This document shows, piece after piece, positions 54,084 through 64,000 of a DNA stretch of 64,000 nt (positions are counted from its first letter, which is position 1; each line of letters opens with the position of its first letter). The notes below the pieces were generated by a model that had not been told where the DNA came from, did no database searches, and saw nothing but the letters and a program-made list of their open reading frames with translations. Origin of the DNA: Eledone cirrhosa (lineage: Eukaryota); assembly GCA_964016885.1 (NCBI GenBank), contig OZ024740.1, forward strand, positions 36,642,001-36,706,000, given 5' to 3'. Made by a program: the position numbers and the translations under genes.

Positions 54084-54173
54084 CTCTTTTCCTGTTTTTT
54101 CCTAATATATTTCTTCATGTGGTGTATCCTTTGCTTCGTCATTTCTATTTACTTTTTGCATACATATACTGAA

Positions 54174-54206
<33 letters not shown>

Positions 54207-54433
54207 ATCTGAAGACTAAAATCCAAAGAGAGCTCGATAAGGATAAATATATATTTAAATATATAAGAACCGTAGAGCAAATATTTATTAAAATAACAGA
54301 TTAAAGTTTAAGCAAAGAATCGCTGCTTTCACCCTTAACGGGATCTTCTGAAAAGTTTCAGAAGATCCCGTTAAGGGTGAGAGCAGCGATTCTTTGCTTA
54401 AACTTTAATCTGTCATTTTAATATATATATATA

Positions 54434-54543
<110 letters not shown>

Positions 54544-54688
54544 TGTGTGTATAAGCAATGAGTTATTAAATTTGTTGATTATTCAACAAATTTAATTTAT
54601 AACAGATTAGAAGCACTCAAAAGTATTTCTTCTGGAGTATAATATCAATAATATTAATAAATGGAAGCTATCTTTGTAAAACCATATT

Positions 54689-54749
54689 TATTTTATTATA
54701 TATATTTCTAGGGTACCAAAATTTTGGTACGCCCTCATCAGATAAAATA
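54689..54749 (-). ncRNA. Minimal type I hammerhead ribozyme
   Basis: tattttat-CTGATGA-gggcgtacca aaattt tggtacccta-GAAA-tatata-TA-ataaaata. Confidence 0.78.
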
Positions 54750-55105
54750 CAAAAGTTGGTTTACAGATAGTGACATATCAAGATAAGAACTTAATGTTGT
54801 GAATTCAATTTGAATAGTGAAGAAAAACTTCACTATTCAAATAGAACTCACAACATTAAGTTCTTGTCTGGATATGTCACTATCTGTAAACCAACTTTTG
54901 TATTTAATATATATATATAGTATAATTAAAATTTTTACAGGAGTTGTTTCAATGCGTATTGAAACGGCTTTTCTACTTTACAGGGAAAGTCGCGTATACA
55001 TCTAAGTGTGTGAAATTTTCATTATACTAAATAAGCTCTCTTGCAATAGATTGGACATTGTTTTCCTTCGTATTTCATCTACGGATATCCTGCACACGCA
55101 CACGC

Positions 55106-55146
<41 letters not shown>

Positions 55147-55177
55147 CACACACACACATACACACACACACACACAA

Positions 55178-55313
<136 letters not shown>

Positions 55314-55621
55314 TGATGGAAAAAGACAAACACACGGATACAATTACAGTCTTATTAGATTTACGCTTGTTGGAAAAGAAAAAAGGAGTGTCTCAACGTA
55401 TCGAACATTTATACATTTATATATGTAATACAGTTTTATCACAGAGTACAGCATATATTAGAAGGTGTAAGGTAATCTTAAAATATATATAACTACCATA
55501 TTTTTATTTAGAAGTCATTGCTGAGAAAATGATAAACTATCATACTTTCAACTATTCCTCCGAAAATAGAAAAACAACAGAAATTATTTTGATGCATTTC
55601 AGTCATTATTGTGTCCTCATC

Positions 55622-55805
55622 GGTGGATTGGCAGTGTCGGTAGAGGATCGCAAGCTATGCTTTACAGCATAGAGTTATGGCCCTTTATGATCTAAGTTCA
55701 AATCGCGCCGAGGTTAACTTTGTCTTTCATCCTTACGAGGTCGATAAAATAGTGTACCAGTAATACATTGGGATAATTGCTGGCCTTGTGCCAAAAGTAG
55801 AAACA
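55622..55805 (+). mobile_element. tRNA-derived SINE, full length, 17-bp TSD
   Basis: A-box tggcagtgtcgg and B-box aagttcaaatcg. TSD attattgtgtcctcatc at 55605-55621 and 55806-55822. Confidence 0.9.
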
Positions 55806-55899
55806 ATTATTGTGTCCTCATCAGAGAAACTATCCATTTATCGTTCCGTGTGCGGAATAATGTTGCTATACCAGCACTCTATGTCATATAGAATATACA

Positions 55900-57400
55900 A
55901 ATAATACAGATTTGATTTATGATAAAGATACTGAAAATGTTATCTTCAATTGGATGAAACCGATGATGTCAGAGTTAAAACTTTCTGGGTATTGTTTAAA
56001 TATATTTCAGTAACAAAATATTGTCTATATATATCTTCATTTTATACTTTTAGAAAACTGTGATGCAAACCTAAGGGTAAACGCCGAGGAAGATGGCTGG
56101 ATAACATCCTTGAACTCAGTTGGTCTCGCTTGGGGATCAAGCTGGATCACTTGAAGACGGTTGCTTCTGACAGGAACCACGGGAGGGCGTGTTTGAAGGC
56201 TCTGCCCCTACGACACTCCCAGGAATATGTGGGCAAGAAGGAAAAGTGAGAAGTAATGTAAATTAAATTATAGATGCTTTGAGAAAAAAGCTATAGGAAA
56301 AGACATTAAATCTAATGGCAATTAAAACTGATAATATTAGTGTTTTAGTATGACTTAAAGGTATTGTTTATTAGAAATTAATTTCTATCATTACTTTTGT
56401 TTATGTTTCATTCTTTACAATAGGCAATATCGCATACTTGTGGGAACTTACAAGTTTGATTAGCAGAAACTTTAAACAAGTTTTCTGAATTTTCAACCAG
56501 ATAAACAACTAATATACAGCTCTACATTATTGTTAATGATGTTCTAGCCATTAACGAGTGTAAACAGTTGTACAGCTAGATGATTATCAATTGAACTTGC
56601 TAACGATGGCATTTTAACTAGTATGTTCTGGACTTGTAGCTTCTGACAGAGTTGTAGGGCGCCATATTGACATATAGTATTTCATAGGCAATTTTAAAAC
56701 TGGTCCATCCTCTCTCCAGGCCCGAATACAGCAAATTTCTTCCAGAGAAGGATAGAGTTTAAAGGAAAGGAAATGAGAAAGAGATATAGAGGAAGAATCT
56801 ACCCCAATACTAGACTGGTGCTTTTTTTATCGACCTCGAATGGGTGAATTTCAACTAAGTGGCTTGAAATACAAACTCACTTTAAAATTATGGCTACAAA
56901 AGATAATTTTGTCCTGCTCAGTTATTACATGAAATGTATTTTGTGTACTTTGATTATAAATACATATTTCATTTTTTAGTTTTAATTCAGTTTCAGAGAA
57001 TTTTAAACCGTTTAAATCAAACAAAGGGAATATAAATAAGTTATTGAGATATTTTCCTCATTTTATTAATTTATTGCTAATATTTTAGACAACAAGTAGA
57101 ATAGACAGCAGAAATGATGCTAAAAGTTGATAAAGAAAATATTATGGAAAGATCTCGAAACTTTCATCTCTGCCTTTTCAAACAGCCAAAGTTATGTTTG
57201 AATGAAGCTTTTAACATATTGAAGAACATTAAATGTGTTTCTGTAAAAACTATTTTCAGAGATGTGGAGAGATCAATTATCGCTCTTCTGGAACAAAAAA
57301 TGAAAATAATACTGATAGAGTGTTGAATTACTATATAGAAGTATTTATTTGCTTAAATGGACCAAAGCTACTAGCACTGGAAAAAAACAAACAAACAAAA
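55900..57400 (+). pseudogene. Highly decayed hAT-like transposase remnants
   Basis: Collinear traces LQLDETDDV (~55945), CTAR..IELAND (~56570) and DVERS...FICLNGP (~57260-57365), interrupted by younger inserts. Confidence 0.4.
56070..56250 (+). mobile_element. RTE-type LINE extreme 3' fragment
   Basis: GKRRGRWLDNI..LG..L..L..VASDR..R..L.AL. Confidence 0.6.
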
Positions 57401-57748
57401 AAAAAGAACAGCAGATTATTATTTTTATTTCAAAGATGCATCTGGAAGAAATAGTTTTAGAAATTTTGCAGCATATGCTCTTAATCTTTTAATACCATTT
57501 AATTCTAAGGCTGAAGTAGAAAGATTATTCATTAGTACGAATGTAATCGTACTAATCGTACTAAGGGGAGGAATACTTCATGAAATGAAGTGCAAGGAGC
57601 TGTCCTCACTCTAGGATATGACAAGAAGCGACACGATGAAGGATTATTGTTTACTCGAAGCAACACTAAGCAAGACTAGCACAATGGGCATATATTTAAC
57701 TGAGAAAGAGTGTAACATTGCTGGAAATACTGAAGAAGTTCTCTCCCC

Positions 57749-57838
<90 letters not shown>

Positions 57839-57989
57839 AAGGTATATATTGAGTTAGAAACTCAAAATAGTCTCTTACAATAAAATAGCTCTAGGAAAGA
57901 GATTTTTCCGAGCCGTATATTATAATTGAATATAAAAGAAAAACGAACACAGATATATACATATATGTGTTCAAATCGTAAGGGACCTT

Positions 57990-58113
57990 ACGTCGAAACG
58001 GCTTGAGCTCTGCCGTCGGGGTCATACCTTTTCCTATTTCCCACTCTTCTACCCTAAGTATTGAGTACTCTGGTGCGTTATGGTCCATCTGGTTCCTTTC
58101 CACATTTCCTTCG

Positions 58114-58115
<2 letters not shown>
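57990..58115. mobile_element. Family A copy (single arm)
   Basis: cgtcgaaacggcttgagctctgccgtcggggtc...cacatttccttcgt(TA)n. Confidence 0.8.
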
Positions 58116-58177
<62 letters not shown>

Positions 58178-59340
58178 ATAATTGAATATAAAAGAAAAAC
58201 GAACACAGACATATACGTATATGTGTTCGTTTTTCTATTATATTCAATTATAAAATTATATATATATATGTATATATATATATGTATATATCTATATATA
58301 TAAAGGGAATATGAACATTGTTTAGTGTACCGAACTTGCATGCTACACCGTTCATCCAATTTTCATGAAACCTCACACATATATAAAACTCAACGCGTAG
58401 AGTGGAATAGGCTACTTGAAACTTTCGAAAAATCGATAATCGGGCCCTATGACAGAATGTTTTTCGATTCCAATGAAATTTTATGTGAATTCGAACACAA
58501 GAACTCTTAGTTTACATCTGGCGCAATAAAAATAAATTTCATATGCCCATATAAGGACGTGCGTTATTGATTGGACGGCCAGCTGCATGTCTTCCCAGCT
58601 GTCTCAGTAAACGACCGACCATTAAAGAGTGTTTCTTTTCATATTCCACCTTATTCAAGTGGAAATACAGTATTATCCCTATCTGAAAAGGGAACCAAAT
58701 TTAATGGTGTCTTTTGTGAACCTAAAAGCTGTGAGTAAATTTTCAAACAGTCTTAAATAATCATGCTTTTTGAAAAAAAAATTACTAAATAATACGTTGA
58801 CCAAGTTGTGTTGTACAATTTACGTCGTACCAATGTTTTCCTTTTTTAAACAAATGATTCTAAAAAATTACTTAATTTATAATACAGTCTTTTGCACAGG
58901 AAGTGAGTAACTTTTTGGGTGTTTAAACGTAAGTTCACCAGGGTTTGTGTCTTCATTATTAGCCCACCTCTAATGGCATTTTTTGTTCTGCTTACGACTA
59001 AATGTTATGAGCGTATTTGCAATTAATTGCGCACACGTGCACACCTGCATGCAGATAGACACTGACAGCCAATAAAAAATCGATAACTTGCTTATTAAGA
59101 TATCGGTCAAAAAGAGAGATTGAATGTACTTTAGAACATTTTTTGAATATATTGTTCTTTTTGGCATATGTCAGAAATATAGCTACTATACACTTTGGTT
59201 ATTTTTTGTAACTAAAAAACGGTTCCTTTTGGGTGGATACTTAACAAGAAAAATCCTAGGGTTTGGGACAAGTTTGTTTCAGGCGCTGTATAGACGCCTA
59301 TTTTGTCACACCTTGGTCATGAATTCGTATTCTTTTCCAA

Positions 59341-59598
59341 TAGATATTTTCCGCTCTATAAGGCTCACCAGGATATAAGGCGTATCATTTAAAATCAGGT
59401 CCGCGCAACGGCGTGTAAGGCCAACCAGAAAATGCTATCTTCTTTACTTTTAGTCTAGATCTATTACTTCTGTTAGAGCCGTGATTGATTACCATTGTAT
59501 TATTTATACATAAGGCTCACCGGAGTATAAAGCGCAGAGCTGTTTTTTGATTAAATTTAATTATTTTAAGTGCAATTTATAGACAGGAAAATTCGGTA
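59341..59598. mobile_element. Tc2/pogo-like MITE remnant
   Basis: Imperfect inverted ends attttccgctctataag / ttatagacaggaaaattcggta, and repeated tataaggc(t/g)cacc motifs. Confidence 0.5.
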
Positions 59599-59720
59599 AG
59601 TTATTGTAATCATATTTCCAAACCTTCCCATTCACCAGTAACCATGCTAACGAATCTGGTGTCATCTCTCTCTGTATTTAATCACCTCTCTCTAACCTAA
59701 CAGCTTCGTTACACGTCGTT

Positions 59721-60252
59721 ATGCCCACACGGAAACGTTCAAGACTTACCTCCAAAAAAGGTACAGCTACTGCTTTGAGACAACGAATTAGGCGTTCTCA
59801 GGTATGAGTTCATTCACAATTGATTAATCCTTTATGCAATATTCTCCCTTAATGTTAGCAAGTACTGCGTTTATCCTAACTGTCACCACGTTTAAGCAAC
59901 TACAACATTCTAATCGTAGTTATATTAAATTTATTGTCTTACCTTGATTCCCTTTTGTTCATGTTAGACTTTTCTCATTTACTATTGACACTGCCATTGG
60001 CTTAGCTAATCAGTAGAATTAATTAATTTTCTCTAGGAAACACCTGCTGAGCGCGAATCTCGATTCGCTGATAGACGTCTTTCCCGGCTGGTTGAGTCAC
60101 CAACATCACGTACGACAAGGCTTGCTGATGTTCGCCTTCGTCGCCAACAAGCGCTGACGGAGGAATCACCAACATCCCGTCAGACGCGGCTTGAGGCTGT
60201 GGCAAAGAGCAATAACCCTAGATACAATTTTGATCAACTTTTTTCACCTATA
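59721..60252 (+). pseudogene. Two-exon Helitron-derived STPR-like peptide (59721-59801 joined to 60037 onward)
   Basis: MPTRKRSRLTSKKGTATALRQRIRRSQ, a GT..AG phase-0 intron (59802-60036), then ETPAERESRFADRR..ESPTSRTTRLADVR..ESPTSRQTRLEAV. Confidence 0.6.
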
Positions 60253-60487
60253 GCAAATTTACCGGGACAGGTTTTTAGCTACTCAAATCTACTTCAGAGA
60301 TCACACATTGATGTAAAAAATCATTAAAAACTGAAGCGGGCTCGACTTTGCGCAAAGAAACAAGGCAAAGTTACACATGGGAAACACACTGCTAGTATAT
60401 ATATATATATAAGAGAGTATTGAGATTTACCCATTTGCATTGTCGAGGCTTCCAAACAACTTAAAGATATTTACCTATTATTCCACA

Positions 60488-63097
60488 ATGCTTCAAGCAA
60501 ACTTCAATACTCTCTTATCCTTACACCTGAGCCAGGAATTGTTTGCATCCGTAAGGGAACTGTTTAGACTGTCGGAGAAATGGGCCAATCCTGGCTGTCA
60601 AATTATCTTCCTGAAACGCTCCCTAAAAAACGATGTCATCCCCACCACCATCAGGAACATCCGCTTACCAGTAAGCCTACGTACACCAGCTTTCCAAAAC
60701 ACCACTAACCGCATACATCGCACGTATATTAAACAGATCCTGAGACATCTCAACCGCCAATTACACGTCCATAAGCGGACATTCTCAGAGGGACACATCG
60801 ACTGTCAATAGCACCCGGGGACTTGCTCCTGAAAATCACTAAAGCAATCTATCAGTGCTAACACTCCAGAGTCCAATACGAGAAAAAACGGCTCAAGCGA
60901 AAATATGAGTGGATCTTGTCGAAACACCACAACGAGAACATCGACACTAACGAACAGACAGACCAGAACCACGTGGAAAACAACAACTTAACAACCGCCA
61001 CCGCCGCATCCACCAACACCGAGCCACACCTCAACGATGCGACGCACCTGGTCACCGACCTAACCTGCACTCTCACGAGCGACGAGCTGAACGTCCTACA
61101 CCTCGGACCCAAGTTCATCGTCTCACAACGTCTCGACGACAGACTCAAACTCAACATCGAGGCCAACTTTTGTCGAGCCGCTTACCAACTTAAATGGGTG
61201 ACCGCCATCAACAGCGCCCACGAAACCCACCCCAAGTTGCCCACTTACCACCCCGACAACCCACTCCACCCCCCATCCAACAACCACGAACTCGACACTA
61301 AACTCATCAAGCTAAAACACTCCATCTCAAATATACTTCACAAACACACACACACACGCACAACACATAACCTCACCAAATCTCAACTCACCGCTCTCTC
61401 CAACCTAAAATCGAAGAACCTCATCTATCTCCCCTCCGACAAGGGAAAAGAATTCTGCGTCATCAGCAGAGAGGCCTACAACACCCTGGCCCTCCAACAC
61501 CTTGAAGATGACAACCTCTACTCCAAGGTCACGGGAATCACTCCCACGCAGATAGAAGAGCACATCAACGCCGCCTGGACCAACATCTGCGACCGGCGGA
61601 AGCTCCCGAAGAAGCTGAGATACAACCTCCTCACGAGGAACAGCAGACTACCCGCCTTCTACCACCTCGTGAAAACACATAAACAGGGACCCGACCTGAA
61701 GATCAGGCCCATTGTATCGAGCGTGGAGGGACCACTCTACAAAATTTCATGGCTCCTCGCCAGAATACTCAAACCCATCTTAGACACCTTGCCGGGACAC
61801 GTTAACAGCTCCGAGGAGGTGTTGAAGCGCCTGCATCAAATGGATCCCGACACCAGAAGGAATAACAGATATGCCTTCAGCGTTGATGTAGTCGCTCTCT
61901 ACACCTCGGTCCCGGCACTCCCGGCCGTCAATATACTGATGGAACGCGTCCAATCCACCGACCTACACTGCTTCGGGCTCACCACCACTGACATCCACCA
62001 ACTCCTATCCATCGTCGTCGACAACACCTACTTCGGATTCCTTGACCAACCAAATATACCAACAAACCTCGGGATTGCCCATGGGATCAAGCCTGTCGGG
62101 TGTGCTAGCGATCTCTTACATGGACAACCTCGAGCGCAAGGCCTCAACGCCTGCCACCGCAACGCCGTCGCCTTTTTCTCAAGGTACGTGGACGATATCC
62201 TCATCCTCACATCTTCCCAAGACACGGCGAACAGAATCTATGAGACGTTCAACAACACGGACGAGAACATTGACTTCAGTGTTGAACACCCCAACGAAGA
62301 CGGGTCACTTACCCTCCTCGACTTCCGAATCAACATCACGGAACAGGGAAGGATCCACTGCAACTTCTACCGAAAGGCAGCTTGCAGGGACCTGTTCGTT
62401 CACTACAAGTTCGCCCTCCCTAACAGTGCCAAAAGAGGATACATCACGAACGAGATCGCGCGAATCAAAAACAGATGCAGCGATCCCGCGAGTGGTGTCA
62501 CTCATACCAAGCGATTCCTCGAGGTGCTGGAGACGAACGGGTACCCTACCTCGCTCACAGACAGAGTAGGAGACACCAGACACAAGAGACAGAGAGGCAC
62601 CCAAGGCAAGTGCTTCCTTAAAATGCCACACCTGGGCGAGAAAACCACCAACGCTATCCGCAAGGCTATACGGAGGGAGGGCCTCGACATCCACCTGGCC
62701 CACTCGGGCCCCTCCCTGCGAAGATGCCTCTCCAGGAAACCCGGGAAATCTACTGACGCGTGCTCCCTCAGAGACTGCCCAATACGCAATGCGAACTGTT
62801 GCCTACGCACATACGTTGTGTATAAGATAGAATGTGACAGGTGCAACCAATACTATATAAGGTAGCACAATCCGACCTTTGCACATCCGGATCAAGGAAC
62901 ACACTAAAACCAGGGCCTCGTCTTTCCGGAAACACATAGACAAATGCGGAAACAAAGACGGAAGGCCCATTGTCACAATTCTAGCGACTGAAAGAAACGT
63001 CGGCACGTTACGTATCAAGGAAGCGCTTTTTATCAAACGCCTTGCACCGCAAATAAACAATCAATCCGAGAGAAGCGAAATGAGGTGGCTGGTTTAA
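60488..63097 (+). pseudogene. PLE RT/GIY-YIG ORF with a few frameshifts
   Basis: ORF pieces 60440-60811, 60916-62865, 62042-62569 (motif B region) and 62879-63097. Confidence 0.88.
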
Positions 63098-63529
63098 GTT
63101 AACAAACTATGCAGCAACACACGCACACACACACACAAACGAGACAACTACACACGCGCACACACACACACACACACAGTAGCATTCCACCATACGAACA
63201 TACTACACTGCCAATACAGAGGAACAAGGCAACAACACACACACACACACTCAAGCGAGACAACAACACACGCACACACACACACACACTCAAGCGAGAC
63301 AACAACACACGCACACACACACACAGTAACATTTAACAAACAGGCAGAGAATGGACTGACAGCTAGCACCACCCCACTCCCACATTCGGCCGCTGACCTC
63401 TGCCCGACTGACCCCATTTCACGCGCACGCGCGCTCTGCTGAATAGCTCAGATATTCAAAACAACAAACAGCGGAGGACGCGTTTCGCACCTTTCCGACA
63501 GACAACCTTTCCCCCACCCTGGAAAAAAC

Positions 63530-63565
63530 CCCCAGTTGATGGATGTGAATCCGAAATATATAGGG
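63530..63565 (+). ncRNA. Degenerate hammerhead motif in PLE 3' pLTR
   Basis: ccc-CAGTTGA-t-ggat gtga atcc-GAAA-tata-TA-ggg. The core has two mismatches to CTGATGA. Confidence 0.45.
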
Positions 63566-63766
63566 ACAATTAAATCTCTCCCAAGGTAACTCTCTCTCGT
63601 GTTCTTATTTTTATTTTATCCTTTATACTCTTTCCTTCATTCTTCTAAACGTCTTATACACACCACGCATCTCAACGTACACCCACTTACATCTCTCTCT
63701 CCACCACCGGATCTTGTTACCCGGAGATTTACCCATTTGCATTGTCGAGGCTTCCAAACGACTTAA

Positions 63767-63809
<43 letters not shown>

Positions 63810-63812
<3 letters not shown>

Positions 63813-64000
63813 CGAAGGAAATGTGGTAAGGAACCGAATGGACCATAACGCACCAGAGTACTCAATACTTAGGGTAGTAGAGGGGGAAATAGGAAAAAGT
63901 ATGACCCCGACGGCAGAGCTCAAGCCGTTTCGACGGCTATTTCAGTCCAGAAATAACCGTCGAAACGGCTTGAGCTCTGCCATCGGGGTCATACTTTTTC
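63810..64000. mobile_element. Fold-back family A copy (runs to window edge)
   Basis: gaaaaagtatgaccccgacggcagagctcaagccgtttcgacgg ... ccgtcgaaacggcttgagctctgccatcggggtcatactttttc. Confidence 0.82.

Larger units (their letters stand above)
58291..60395 (+). mobile_element. Non-autonomous Helitron carrying a spliced STPR-repeat N-terminal fragment
   Basis: 5' end A|TCTATATATATAAA and 3' end CTAG|T. An internal exon pair encodes a RepHel-like N-terminus. The subterminal hairpin is not clean. Confidence 0.62.
60412..63771 (+). mobile_element. Penelope-like retroelement (Poseidon/Penelope-like), essentially full length
   Basis: LHLGPKF, PSDKG, FYHLVKTHK, IRPIVS, VDVVALYTSVP, GLPMGSSLS (shifted frame), RYVDD, CSLRDCPI, VVYKIECDRC..YI, RIKEH and EALFI..P.IN. 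Terminal direct repeat at 60422-60469 and 63724-63771. Confidence 0.92.

Overview
AT-rich, microsatellite-saturated eukaryotic (metazoan) intergenic or intronic DNA. The SINE and (TA)n/(CA)n/(CATA)n style resembles cephalopod (Octopus-like) genomes, which is an inference only. No intact host gene is supportable; nearly all long ORFs are decayed retroelement ORFs or microsatellite artefacts. Contents: six Penelope-like elements (PLEs) from about four lineages (three Neptune-like, one Naiad-like, one Poseidon/Penelope-like, one possibly Nematis-like); three R4/Dong-type LINE copies and a family of bipartite RTE-derived elements piled into (CATA)n; RTE and CRE-like fragments; tRNA-derived SINEs; two Helitron remnants with STPR-like repeats; DNA-transposon MITEs; a degenerate telomere-like tract; and a 12-bp satellite. 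Structure not shown by the ORF track: (1) about 17 minimal type I hammerhead ribozyme motifs with palindromic stem III, several in coding-free fold-back mini-inserts and several with family-specific core variants; (2) a 5'-truncated R2-like element outside rDNA whose flanks rejoin into the 28S R2 target core CTTAAGG/TAGC, with a 1-kb GC-rich structured 3' UTR carrying a thrice-repeated motif.
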